A DNA stretch of 64,000 nt, taken from assembly GCF_009914755.1 (NCBI RefSeq), contig NC_060927.1; one strand, written 5' to 3'. Below are positions 46,294 to 61,818 of this stretch, piece after piece (the first letter of the stretch is position 1; each line of letters starts with the position of its first letter). Both the position numbers and the translations under genes were made by a program. The notes under the pieces are model-generated. The model was given only the letters and a program-made list of their open reading frames with translations. It was not told where the DNA came from and ran no database searches. This DNA comes from the human T2T-CHM13v2.0 reference genome, Homo sapiens.

Positions 46294-47574
46294 GATCTGT
46301 GATTCTTACTACAGTTTTCTTGGAATGGTCTTGCTGAATACAATTTATATTAATGCTTAATTCTTAAACTTTACCAGCATACAAAATGAAACTTATTTCC
46401 TATTAGTGATAACAATATTGTAAAACAAAGCAGTGTTTCCAATGAAATTAACAATTTACTGTCTGTATAGAAGGAATTCTAAATTATTGTAAGGAAATTA
46501 TTCAAGTGTATTTTAAAATAGCTCATTTGAATGTTTCATGATGTTTCAAGCAAAGAATCTTTAAATCCAATTTCTTTCAGTTATAACCTTAAGGATACTC
46601 ATATAAGGAACCTGTTTTCTCCATGCAGTGTCTAAACTGAACATACACACCAAAAACATCCAAACACCCAACATGCCACAACTCACAATGCAAGATAGGC
46701 CAATGGAATGTTTTATGGGAAAACTCGCAACAATATAAAAAGTATAAATAATGAACTGAGCACATACAATATGGTATTCTATTAAAACCAATATAAATTT
46801 GGGGGGTGGAAGTGTTGGTAGGAGAGACTGCAGAATTTCTTGAAATGTGGGTCTATTCAGCAGATAGGAAACTTGTAGTTCAGAAACAGAGTAACTTCTC
46901 TTTCTACTCTAGATTTACTGAATTTATTAAAATTATGCAAGCGCACTCTACAAATTTAAATTCAGTCCTGCCCTATCCTAGGAAATAAAATTGTCAGTGT
47001 TCATTTTGCTTTAATCATTAACCCTCTCCTCTGCAATACTCCTGATTCCCACCAAGAGTGTGATAATTCTAGTACCTATGACCCACTTTGGAATTATTCA
47101 TACTTGGAAAAAAATACCAAGGCTCCTTCCCCAGTAAAGAGCCACCAACGCTAATTATTTCTTTTGGGAAAACCAGAGTTGTTGAAAAGTGTCATGATGT
47201 ATCCAAGGAATAGCATGCTACCAGAAAATACCCATATTTGCAAAACTTGACATCGAACACCTATTTTCTCTTGTGCTACCTAAAGTTTTCAAACTACCAT
47301 TTTATAGTTTTTATAGCATTTCAAAGCATGACAAAAGCTCCTGTTTCTTTTGAATGTTTATATCCACGGTATTAACTTGTGTCATTTAAAAAAAATCAAA
47401 ATTTTGGTAATAAGACAAAGGCCAAAGAAAAATCACAATTGGCAATTTCTGCCCCAGTATGACTACAAATGATAGACTATGACGTTAAGAATTTCTGCTG
47501 AATAGAACCCATTCTTCATAATGAAAATAGGTGATCAAACAACAGATGCACACATAAAGTCTATAGATTCTTAC

Positions 47575-47601
47575 CACCAATGGTATTAGCAGATTGTGAT
47601 C
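47575..47601 (-). CDS. CLASP2: CLASP2 alternative microexon, 27 nt (R/G)SQSANTIG
   Basis: cctaat..tgc..ttcag|GATCACAATCTGCTAATACCATTGGTG|gtaag; phase 1-1; resembles the CLASP1 RSRSANPAG segment at the equivalent position (recalled). Confidence 0.82.
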
Positions 47602-48989
47602 CTGAACAAGTGTAAAGGCAGAATTAGGGTAAGGATTATAATCCATGAAGAGGGAAGGAGCAGTTTTTAAATGGATGGCAGATGGAAATAAGAAAGCTTT
47701 AGTCAGTTCTCAGAAAATTAAAAAACCCTAAGGCAAAAAAAGCAAACTTTAAAAAATCCCAAAAGCACAGATGTCTTTAACAAAAGCAGTACATTTAGTT
47801 GTTTTTAAAGCTAATCAACTGAAATCAGACACTCATGTACAAAGCAGATGAAATGAGACTGCAACAGTAAATGTAAATTCTTCAGCTTTTCTACTACTGA
47901 CAGTCGAAAATCAAAATCATTAAATGTTTTCATTAAACATTTAATTTAAAACTACTCATAAGGAACAACTACAATATTGTACAGCTGAAGAAAAATTACA
48001 TGAAAAAGCTACAAATGTCATCTTTCTTAAGATGCACCAAAAAAAACAAAAGATGGGAGGAGAGGAGACAAAGTTTCTGACGGGCTGTACAATCATTTGT
48101 ATACAACCAGCCACTACCAACAGAAAAAGAGACACAATTTTGTCATAAATATAGATCTAGTGCTCTCTCCATTGAGTCTCCATTTATTTATTTATTTTGG
48201 TTAGCCATCAGAACACACCTGCTTTGATCTGAGAGACTTTTTTTTTCTAAGTAGTGATACAAAGATATGGTAAGACCATGCAAGCCCTAATGAATTACTT
48301 TATGACAAAGTAAGGATGATGATCACAGTAATATTTCTGTGCAAATATATTGTAAAGAAACTTGCATACAAATTACATAATACCTTTTTTACAAAAGAAT
48401 TCGGAATGGAACATATAGTCATTCAAATAAATAAGCAAGCAAACAAACAAAAGTCCCTCCAATATAAAACCCAAATGATTTTACAGAGGGAAAGTCTTCT
48501 AATCTTAAAGTCCTATTTGGTCTAAGAAAGTCAATTACTGTGTTTTCACAATTTAGGAGAAGATGTGGAGGATTATGGAATGGGTTTCAAAGTGAAAAGC
48601 CAAATGCAAAAAATTATTCTATTTTCCAGTGAAGTGATCCTTACTTACAATGTACCTGAAAAGGAGGTCTCTTAAGTATTTTTAAAAAAAAGCCCTTTGA
48701 GTCTTTGCCCTAAGATCAGCCTCAGTATTGTTTCAGAAAAGAACTAATATCTCACAATTAATTTTTATCCTTAGACAATGGACATGGAAATTCCTGGTTG
48801 GTTATCTTTATGCTTCAATTTTCCTAACTTCATTGTTTATTTCTCTGTTTACTGAAGGCAGTAAGAATAACAAGGTACAGAAGTACACAAAAGCAGTCTA
48901 AAATTCAGTTGACATTTGATTAAAAATAATAAGGATCATCTGCAGTATTTAAAATTTTTTTAAATTTTAAAAAATTAAAAAATAATGAC

Positions 48990-49390
48990 AATTTTATTAG
49001 CCAACATATATAGTGCTTATTCAGGGCTAAGCAATATTTTATGTCTATTAAATATGCTACATCATTTAATCCTCACAACAATCCTATGTAGATGCTATTC
49101 TCCTCTTCATTTTACAGATGAAATTATAGAAGTGCAGTAACTTCAAATAACCTCAAAGAGCCAGTATTCAAACCTGGGCAGACTCCAGTATCTATGATCT
49201 AAACCAGTATGTACTTCTCAAGACTTAACTGTGATATAAATCACTTGATGATCTTGTTAAAGATTGGATTCAGTAGAGCTGTAATGGCATATGAGATTGT
49301 ATATTTCTAACTAGCTCCCAGATGATGCTAATACTGGTCTGGGCAGCACATATGGAAGCACACGTCTTCTAACTACTATGATATACTGCT
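48990..49390. mobile_element. MIR plus MER5-like fragment
   Basis: tcatttaatcctcacaacaatcctatg...cattttacagatga; tttctaac.agctcccagatgatgct. Confidence 0.6.
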
Positions 49391-49768
49391 AAAGATTAAG
49401 TTACTCTAAAAATATACAAGATCAGGGAAGAATATGATATGATCTACTGATTTAGTTGAGATAAAAGTTTTCCCATTCATAAATAACCCTCAAGTTGCAA
49501 ACCAATTTACTTCCGCTTATTTTTAGGACTCTTCTTGGTGCTCTAATCATTATTCTGCCTGGATTTTCTGACTTTGAAAAAAGAGAAGGATCTGGTGGGT
49601 AAGACTTGCGTAATCACTATCCTGCCCCTCAATGCCCCATTCTCTTTCCTGATTTCAAAATTCAGGAATCAGGTTAAAAACAAACAAATAGGACATCCAT
49701 ATCCTAATAAATCACCTAAACAATGGCAGAAGAGAGTTAAATTTATTTCTTTCAAAAATAGCCAAGTA

Positions 49769-50060
49769 GGCTGGGTGCAGTGGCTCATACCTATAATCCC
49801 AGCATTTTAGCAGGCAGAGGCAGGAGTATGGCTTGAGCCCAGGAGTTTGAGACCAGCCTGGGCAACACAGTGGGAACCCACCTCTATAAAAAAAAATTAG
49901 CCGGGAGTGGTGGCATGCACCTCTAGTCCCAGCTGCTTGAGAGGCTGAGGTAGGAGGATCCCTTGAGCCCAGGAGTTCCTGGCTTGCAGTGGGCAGTGAT
50001 TGTGCCACTGCACTATAGCCTGGGTGACAAGAGTGAGATCCTGTCTCAAAAAAAGAAAAA
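49769..50060 (+). mobile_element. Alu (J-type)
   Basis: Sense Alu. Confidence 0.9.
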
Positions 50061-50200
50061 CAAATAGTGAAGCACATGAATAACTCCTACAATTACTTCC
50101 CTAGAAAACTGTCCTGTTTTCAGAGGTAAGCACTAATGAAAATCTCTTGATAAAGAAGGAAGAGGAACAAATGATTTTAAATTAATAATGCCATAAATGA

Positions 50201-50495
50201 GGCCAGGAATGGTGGCTCACACCTGTAATCCCAGCACTCTGGGAGGCCGAGGTGGGAGGATTGCGTGAGGCCAGAAGAACAAGATCAGTTTGGGCAACAC
50301 AGCAAGACCCCATCTCTTAAAACAAACAAAAAATTAGCCAGGCAGTGGCGCAAGCCTGTGGCACCAGCCACTCAAGAGGCTGAGGTGGGAGGATTGCTTG
50401 AGCCCAGGAGTTGGAGGCTGCAATGAGCTATTATCACACTGCTCTATTCCAGCCTAGGCAACAGAGTAAGACCCCATCTCTCATTCATAAATAAA
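50201..50495 (+). mobile_element. Alu (J-type)
   Basis: Sense Alu; TSD aatgccataaat. Confidence 0.9.
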
Positions 50496-51082
50496 TACTT
50501 TTAAAAAATGCCATAAATATGTTTACTATTCTGAAACATAGAAATAATTAATTTTAGCTAGACCTCAAAATTGTACTTTTTAATAATCATGCTTATGACA
50601 AACTCAGCTTCCAGTGAAAGAGCAAAAATGTAAATCTTAAATTTAACATGAATGAAACAGAATCAGTCATTTCAAATTATGTTTCCTCACTATAAATTAG
50701 TATATACCTGCCAAAAATGGTAATCAAAAATAGATAATCTAACAGATTTTTGGGAAAATAAGATATCATGTATCTGTCCTTGAATTATGTTACCTAAGAT
50801 ATAACCAGATTTTGATGCTAATATATGGCAATTATTTCGTCTCTAAAAAGCATAATTTTCTACATTAGCAAGTTTCTGAGTAGAATGTGAACACCTTAAT
50901 GCTAAGGATTTCTGCTATTTAAAATATCTCCATGCAAAAGTTTGTATGGCAAATGAAGTTTTTCTTTGTAAGTGGCAGATATCAATGATGCAGCCCTAAT
51001 AAAACACCAAAGACAAGACAACACCCACTCAAAAAATTCCAAAACATGCACAACAACTGATCCAAAACATTGAAAAAAATAC

Positions 51083-51109
51083 CTTCATTTTTGTCAGGTG
51101 ATGATGAAC
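51083..51109 (-). CDS. CLASP2: Candidate CLASP2 alternative microexon, 27 nt RSSSPDKNE (93-nt form to 51175 if the upstream acceptor is used)
   Basis: tttag|GTTCATCATCACCTGACAAAAATGAAG|gtatt; frame-preserving phase 1-1; TGCATG about 32 nt downstream. Confidence 0.6.
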
Positions 51110-51264
51110 CTAAAGTACAGAACAAGAACTCAGTATGTGGCTTGTCTTTTTTTAAATTAGCTTTGTCTTTATCCACTGGTCAATCGTCTAATACAGTAAT
51201 ACAAAAGCAACACACTTATCCTAACATAGTGACAAATATAGGAGGGCTGATAAGCAATACATAC

Positions 51265-51366
51265 GCTGTGATTGAGACACCATTTTTGTTCGACTTCTTC
51301 CTCTAGAATCTGCCTTGGCATTTCCCATGCCAGCAAGTGGTGCTGAAAGTTTTGCTCTCACCCGGC
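51265..51366 (-). CDS. CLASP2: CLASP2 exon, 102 nt GRVRAKLSAPLAGMGNAKADSRGRSRTKMVSQSQ
   Basis: tcag|GCCGG...CAGC|gtatgt; phase 1-1. Confidence 0.96.
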
Positions 51367-52709
51367 CTGAGAAATAAAATATTTACATAATTAAAAACAT
51401 TTTTCTATAATAATGTTTAATAATGAGAGGAGAAAATCTCACTATTTTTAGGTACTGCCAAATTCTGTAATAATGTAATCATCAATTACGGGTTCTATTT
51501 CTCTTAAAAATTTTATAAACAGTAATTTTTTTTTTACGTGTTATACCATAAGCTAATTTTCCTTCAAGGATAAGAAGAATCAAACTAAAAGATTTACATT
51601 CTTAGTTTATATATTAGTCCAGCAGTTACAATTAAGATAATCACCATAAGCATGTCACTTGTTTCTCAATTGGTAGTTGCAATTCTGAAATTTCAGTTTC
51701 CATGAAGTTCAGATTATTCTCAAGTCAACCCTACAGTTTTAAATATAAGCCTAAGCTTGGAAACAATTCAAACCATCCTTTTGACTGAAAATGTACTTCT
51801 AAAGGGATCTGAAGGAAGAGATATAATTAGGCAAAAGATTTAATCTCTTTATATCAGATTACTACATATGGTATATGGACATGTTTACTGCTCTCTTCCT
51901 CCAATCAACTATTTCATTTAGAAAGTGATTTGAGGAAATACATATCACATAAGAGTTAGCATTTTTCTCAATATATTTCTTTTCATACCTCCCGAACTGC
52001 ACTCCTTTCTATTCTACCACTCTGCCTCATTCCCCTCCACAAAACTAGGCCACAAACATCCTCACCCTATTTCTAGGGCTCTTGAACTACAAGCAGCATG
52101 TCTGTCAAGTGCTTAAGTTAGCTGCAGTTAATAAAAATAAGTGAGGACAGAATATATTATTGGTGGGTACTTTGGTGTTCTTAAGCAATAGTCTCAACTG
52201 CTATCAAATCAGAACCAATAAGGTTTGTCATTCAAAAAGAAGGGCTCAGAATTATTTTTAGATAAAAGATACAATTTGTAGGGTATACATGAAATACTGG
52301 CTAGCCCAATATGACCATATTAATTAGGAAAAAACATACTAAATAATAAGAATAAAAACTCAAAGAATAAGGAGATATTACAAAATTAAGAAATGAGTGA
52401 GAAAAGATAAGAGAGTAATAAGAACTAGGAATAAAACAGAATCAAAACCAGAAGTTTAATTGGTAGAATACCAGCATACTATCAACTTCAAGGCCCCTAA
52501 TGAGCCCATGGTTCAGGCCTCTCACCCTTTTACAGTCTATTTTGAGCAGGACACAAAGTTCTCTTGACTAAAAAGTAAAACAAAATGACCAAATTATTAT
52601 TTTTGAAATGGAGAATTTATCTACATTGTATATAACAAAGAAATGAGAGTATGTTAAGTATTTTGATATTAACATTTGAAATTACAATTCCACAGTGCGA
52701 GAAATCATG

Positions 52710-53012
52710 TTTTTATTTTTATTTATTTCTTGACACACAATCTTGTTCTGTTGCCCAGGCTGGAGTGCGGTGGCATGATCATGGCTCACTGTAGCCTCAA
52801 TCTCCCAGGCTCAAGTGGTCCTCCCACCTCAGCCTCCAGAATAGGTGGGACTATAGGACGGTGCCACCACACCCAGCTAAATTTAAAATTTTTTGTAGAG
52901 ATGGGTTCTCACTATGTCGTCCAAGCTGGTCTCAAACTTCTGGATTCAACCAATCCTCCTAGCTCAGCCTTTCAAAGTGCTGGGATTTCAGGTGTGAACC
53001 CCTATGCCTGGA
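52710..53012 (-). mobile_element. Alu (J-type)
   Basis: Antisense; TSD agaaatcatgttttta. Confidence 0.9.
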
Positions 53013-53820
53013 CAGAAATCATGTTTTTATACAGTATTCCAATTTAAAACTTAAAATACAAAATTATTTTAAATATATCAGAGTAAATATGAGACCAAAT
53101 AAAAAAGTTAATCTATTTGGTTTTGTGTCACAAAAAATAGTCATCCACGTAAAACTTAGAGGAAAAAAATTTATATTTTGAATCGGAGGTTTTAAAAAGA
53201 CAGACTTCAGGTAGAGTGAATATAAACATTGAATTACTTTCCTTTCTACAAATTGAAAACTATAAAAATTATTTTTAAGGTGAACTAGCTCAGTAAGATA
53301 TGTATAGCAATTCTGGTGTAATCTCAAATTCAATTTGAATCTGTGACCAACTCCCCAGTTACTGATTCAAAAGTAGAAGACATATTTAAAAGCAGACTAA
53401 GTAAATGCATTTAAAACTTCAATGATAAAACAATGGTGCATGATCTCTCAAAGTATAAATGAATTGGCATAAATAAAAAAACAAAAACACAAACATGTAA
53501 GAAAAGCATTAATGTCACTACTATAAAAAATGAATTATATGCTTACTTCATACTAGATATTATTAAACATGTTAAGCAATTATGTTTTTCCAGCATGAGA
53601 TGATCCAAAGTACAAAGCAAACCAGCAGGATGAAGAATTAAAAAAAAAAAATCCACACATTACTAAGACAACCAAATATGAAATGTAGAACTTACTACAA
53701 CTGGCAAATTATAAAGAGTTGCAAAGAAATTAGCCTATTTTAGTTCTAATATTTAATTCCTACCAATGAAAATAGTAATGTAGATGTATTTGTGTTACTA
53801 ACAAAATGTATAGTTCTTAC

Positions 53821-53838
53821 CATCTTCAGATGCTGTTC
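53821..53838 (-). CDS. CLASP2: CLASP2 microexon, 18 nt GTASED
   Basis: tttag|GAACAGCATCTGAAGATG|gtaag; phase 1-1. Confidence 0.93.
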
Positions 53839-55580
53839 CTAAATAAGAAAAATAAAACAACATTTCAACAAATTCTGCCAATGTTGATATTAAGACCTAC
53901 CTCACAGTCCCCACCCAACACTACAATGAAAGGGTAAAAACAAAAAATTAACTTTTAGTCTGACAGCCTTAAATTAACTGCGGGAAGGTTCATTTTGAGA
54001 AAAACAAAATTTGAGGTAATCCAATGATTCACAGCACACGGAAACTAGACAAATAAAAATAACAAAATTCTATAGGAAACACTTTTTGTCTGCTATATTG
54101 CATTCTTAAAATTTGAAATGGTATAAAAAATTAGAGAAACTCATCACTCAAAAAAATGTAACTCTGTAATTACTCTTTGAAAATGAAATTTTATAGACCT
54201 TTCCAGAGTAGAAATGTTTTCTCTGCATTTTCAAAAGGTAGCCCATAAAGGAATCAGAAAAAGCTAACTGACAAACATAGGAATAAAATCTATGACCTAG
54301 GCCTCACTTGCCCATTTTTATCAAAGCATCTACAAAGCAAAAACCTATCAATCCAATTCATTAGCTATTTATTCAACATTTATGTGCATTCCTTAAGATG
54401 TCAATGAAATCTATAAAAAATGACTAAGTACAAACATCATAACTCACTACTACTAAAGCGCAATAATATACGTCTGTGTATTTTTTTTAAACATAGGATT
54501 GAACATCAGTAAGAGTAACACATCATATAACAGTAGTGACTTCTCAAATAGATTGAGATTTCCTACCCAAACAGGAAAATATTTTGAACTGGAAAGTGAT
54601 AAAAGTTCGTTTTTAAAGGATCCAGAATATCAATATTAGGATGTCTAAGGGGTTTGATACATAGAAACCATCTCTTGATGGGCTATCATTTCATTCAATA
54701 TTTTATTATAATCATATAGAAAAGCAGACACTAATATAACTAGCAGTCATGTACCTAACCCAAGGTTTAATAAATGTTCTATCTCATTAAAACAGAAGAT
54801 ATATTAGATCAATTTTCCATTTACATAATAATTTACAGAAAAATATATAGTGTCTGTTTTTCCTAGATCTCATAATGTGACATACAGATTTAGTTTAGTA
54901 TCTTAAGTTATTTAAAAAAGGTCAAGCTCATAGGTAACATTATGGTATCTGCTGAAGTGAAGGGAAAGTGTGGATAATATACTATCTAGTATCAGACAAA
55001 AAATATCATACAGGGTTGTTACTGAACCAAGCCACTACAGATAAACTGTAATCAATTGAATATTGAAATTAAAAGGGCAAAGTTTAAAGTTCAATTTTGA
55101 CTAAATGTTAGTTTACAACGCACTCTTAAAAAGTCGGCCTCTGTAACTTGCATTTCATTTTCAAAAACAATCATATGAACTTACGAAATATGTCATTTGT
55201 CATATCACTTAATAGACTAAAGAGGTGAATGAAATGACTTAGGAGATTTCTTTCCATTCTTCTGAATCCAATATTTTTTATTAAGACTTAACGAATCGAG
55301 AATATTCAGAGGCGAACTTCTAAGAGCTCAGGCAAACATTTTATAAGTTAAAACAAAATAGTTACCTAGTATTTGAGCAGACTGGGATATGGTATGCCCA
55401 ATAGATATCCCTAACCCCAAATTCATTCAGAGAATTATGTAGCCATTTTCACATTAACATTATCACTAAATAAGTATTAATAATATATTTTTAGAAATTA
55501 AGAGAAGAATGAACAAGGATATTATATAGAATCCAGGTTCCATAAAAATCTTTAGTAGAATTAGGAAAGGAAGTTCTTAC

Positions 55581-55604
55581 CATCCAGCTTGTCAGAAGTA
55601 TCCT
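55581..55604 (-). CDS. CLASP2: CLASP2 microexon, 24 nt EDTSDKLD
   Basis: caaag|AGGATACTTCTGACAAGCTGGATG|gtaag; phase 1-1; UGC triplets just upstream. Confidence 0.93.
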
Positions 55605-56214
55605 CTTTGATGAAAGCACAAGCAAAGAACAGAGGAAAACTTAGTATATTAGAAGAAATGATTTTTATAATTCCTAGAAAACATTTTCTTTAAGAAGACA
55701 GAATTCATAGTACAGACGTATATATCAAGCTTGTTTTCAACTAAAACAGACTAGGAAATTAAACCAGATGTGAGATAAAGACTTCACCTAATGTACTAAG
55801 TAGAGAATTTTTTAAAAGTTGATAATGAGTCTATTTCACTAGCCTAAAAAGAGAAAAGTTAGTGAGGCCCATGTCCCAGCTTTGGACTTTGCCATCATGC
55901 CAATCCCCTGCTCTAGTCTGTGAGTTTTTCCCAGACAGTCACATTGCCTTGTTTCTTTTCTCTCTTGCCTATAATATACCCCCAAATTCCACACTTAGGC
56001 CCTCTCATCATTAGCCTCTGTTTACCACCTCGTTGCTTCCCCACCCACATCCTTTCTTAGAACTTTCAGCCCCTTTAAAATTTCACATCTGGATGAATCT
56101 AACTCACTTTCTCTATTCTATTACTTGAGATGTCCCATAGAGAAAATTACACAACCATGAAGTCATGCATACTGGCACTACTAGAAACTGGAATAAATAT
56201 CTGACTTGGTGTTT

Positions 56215-57110
<896 letters not shown>

Positions 57111-57963
57111 TCCCCAAATGGCTATTCTAAACTTCAAGTCACCTGTTAGCACATGATCCTGACTCTGAATCTTCAGGCAGAAAGTCACAACAACCTCCCC
57201 AATCACACTCTTCTTAATGTCCAACTTTCCAAAATATCGTATCTGATATCTACTACCTCTTCCAATTCCTTCCCTTCCATCACTTCCTCCCCTTCTACAT
57301 CTGTGAAATGGCTCACCCTTCCACACTCAAGACTAACTCCCAGGCTATGCTCCATATCCCATTCCTCACACCTTCCACAGCAACTTAGCTATTAATTATC
57401 TCCTTTCATCCTTACACTTCTAACTTTTCCATCTCTACTGACTTGCCACCTTAGGATACAAACATAATTAACTTCTCCAATCTTATAAGATGATAAGTTC
57501 TTTCAACCACAGATAATTCCTACCATTCTTTCACCCCTTTTCTTGACCGTCAGGCGTAACAATAATTTACACAGATTCTCTTTCCAACTTCTATATCAAC
57601 CAACTAAAATCTGACTTCTGTCCATATGACCTCATTGAAACTATATTTTCTTTTCCACTCAAGCAATTCCATAAACTCAATTGTTAGAATAAATATTCAT
57701 AAATATGTACTCAAACATCAAGGTTACCTTAACTTAAATTCCTGTTTCCTACCACCAAGTTTCCTCTTCAGGCTGAAGTTAAAGAGTGAACTTCAAAACA
57801 CTTAAAATATCCCTGCTGCCAAAAAATTCAGTACTTTAGAGATAACAAAAACCAGTAGCAACTGCTTTAAGAAGGAATGCTCTGAGTTTAATATTGATTA
57901 CAGTAAGTAAAATCATCTAATGACTTCCAAATCGAATCTAATCATCATCACTCTGCTAAGTAG

Positions 57964-58288
<325 letters not shown>

Positions 58289-58952
58289 TCTCTGCCAAGT
58301 TCTATACTACTATATACCAAGTGTCCACTGAAAACTTCCAGTTTGAAGTCTCACAGGGACTTCAAACTCAAAATGCATAAAACGCAACAAACTTTTAGCT
58401 GCTCATCCTTCAGCAACCTACCAATAGACTGAGAGAGATTCAGTATAGAAGCATATACCTCTGGATCCCTGGTACCTAGCAAAAACTAAGTGCTCAAGTG
58501 TGTGCTGAAAACTAACAGAACACTCCCTCTAATTCATACATGTATAGCCATAAGTGAGGCTCAAAGTAGAAGAAAACAGAGGTTATATCAGTCTTACGTG
58601 TGTAAGAAGGGTACATGAGACACAGCGGGTAGGGTGGGGTGAAGGGAGAAAGGGAAGGAGGGTAAGAAGGAGAACATCCTTTATCCAACCCCTGAAAAAG
58701 CCGCAGGCAGGTAGCTGATTGTCCCTGAGTGGGAACCTGGGTCAGATGAAGAAAAGAAAAAAGTAGTGGCACTCTCCTTTTTACAATGAAACATGAAATT
58801 CAAACCTTAAAGAACAACAATAGGTTCTCACAAAAAAAAATTGTCCCAAATTGGCTTTCTAGTGCACATTAAAGCACTTTAAATACAGTATTTTTCTTCG
58901 GTAAAAATAATAGATATTCAATGTAATGTGTTTTGCTCATATATATATTTTT

Positions 58953-58972
58953 TGTGTGTGTGTGTGTGTGTG
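58953..58972. repeat. (TG)n microsatellite
   Basis: about 10 TG units. Confidence 0.9.
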
Positions 58973-58974
58973 GA

Positions 58975-59420
58975 TTCCTTAGGATTTTCTAAACACAAGA
59001 TTGTGTTTTCTGCAAAGAGAGACAGTTTGTTCTTCCATTCCAATTTGGATACCTTCTATTTATTTTCTTGCTTAATTGCCCTGTCTAGCACCTCCAATTT
59101 AACATTACTTCAAGGTAATGTTAAATAGGGCCAAGAGTGGACATTCTCGTCTTGTTACTGATCTTAGGGAAAAATATCCAGTTTTTTAATCGTCAGGTAG
59201 GATGTTAGCTGTGGATTTTTCAGATTCTCTTTATCAGGTTGAGAAAGATGACTTCTGTTCCTAGTTTGTTGAGTATGTTTATTATGAAAGGGTGTTAATT
59301 TTGTCAAATGCTTTTTCTGCAGCTACTGAGATGATCATGTGGTTTTGGTCCTTTCTTCTATTAATATGGTACATTTGTTGACTGGTCTTCACATACTGAA
59401 ATAACCTTGCATTCTTGGCA
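58975..59420 (-). mobile_element. Old L1 ORF2 fragment
   Basis: gagtggacattctcgtcttgtt.ctgatcttaggg...ttttgtcaaatgctttttctgc. Confidence 0.78.
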
Positions 59421-59793
59421 ATGTAATGCTTTGAAACAAAAAGTTTTCTGAAAATTAAAAGCAGTAATCAACACACTGTTAACACCTTTGTATATATCAC
59501 ACCAGTCCTTCTTCTATGTATAATTTTACACAAAATGATGAAATTACTACATACTATTTGGTAGTCTGCATAATTCAACCTTTGTTGAAAATATGACTTG
59601 CTAATGGCTGCACAACATATATAAGGATACAATATAACTCAACCATCCCCTCTGTTACACATTAAGGTTGATGCTAATAACGTTATTAAAAACATAATTA
59701 TGTAAACATTGAATTACTGGGGCAAACATTCTGATTTAAAAATGCTTCATGGAATTCCTAAATTGGAACTCAGAAAAAGTGTCCCATCACTAA

Positions 59794-60126
<333 letters not shown>

Positions 60127-60744
60127 ATAAGGCCCTTTTTACCACATTCTTGAAAACAGTGGGCACTACCCTTAACTTTTGTGTTATAGTTACAGGTCTA
60201 TCAATTTGTATTTGTTTGATTATAGCTAAGGTTCAACATTTATTCTGGTATTTGTTGGCCATTTTGACATATGCTTTTCTTGATATATGTAGAATTTTTT
60301 CTATAAAAATAAGCTCATCTGTTTTTAACAGACTTGAAAAACCTCAACATTTTAACTTTTTTACTACTATGTGGCAAAATATTTTTCCCTTTTAGTTTTT
60401 GCTTAAGATTTCATATTTTCATACTTTAGATTTAAATTCAAGAGATTTTTTTCCTTCATGGCTTATTTGCTTTTATGTATAGGAATTCCTGTCTCAACCT
60501 GAGATTTGATGAATACTCACCTATTATGTTTTCATCAAGTTGCTTTATGTTTTTAATGTTTTTATCATCTGGAATATATTTCTATATGGTGTGTAACATG
60601 GTTCTAACTTAATTTTATACCAGATTGTAAACCATGTGTCTAAACACAATTTACTGAATGATCTATTCCTCTTCACGGTTCTGAATGCAGCTGTGCCAAC
60701 TTTATCATGCACTATACTCATACCTAAATTCTCTGCACTTCTAA

Positions 60745-61230
<486 letters not shown>

Positions 61231-61818
61231 TATTGTGTTCTGGCGATCTGCCTGCTTAGTGTTCCAGCAGTACTACCCAAAAGAAAAAAATGGAAGCATG
61301 AAGAAGAGATACGCAAACCAACGTCAACTTTTTAATTTGATAGACATAAAAACATGAAGAAATCAAACTGAATAGAGTTTTGGAATATATGTTTAGGGTT
61401 TGGTTAGACAGAGTAGAGCTTTGCAGTTCTCCCAGATCTCCAAAAGGCTTCACATTCTTGGTAAGAGAAGAGAAGTAGGAGAAAGAAAACAGGAAAGTTA
61501 GATACAAGCCAATTCCCTTCCCAAACCCCCTTAGAAACCAGTGGCTAGATGTGGTAGAAGTGCAGTTATGAAAATTCTACAGGCAATCATGGATTCAAGA
61601 ATTGTTTCTTTGATCAAGACGATGATGAGAACAAGGGAAAAGGAGAAACAAGGCAGCTCAGATTCCTCAGAAGTGTGTCCGCAATATAGAATTATATTAA
61701 AACATATGGACTATCCTTAAATAACAAGAATGAATAGAAATGATTAAGGTATATGAACTTGTCTTCACAGAGATCAGGGAGAGAACATGGTACAATTTTC
61801 CATAATCAGTTCTCTTAC

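Noticed and set aside
48940-48986. AT-only imperfect palindrome
   Set aside because: Expected by chance in low-complexity A/T sequence
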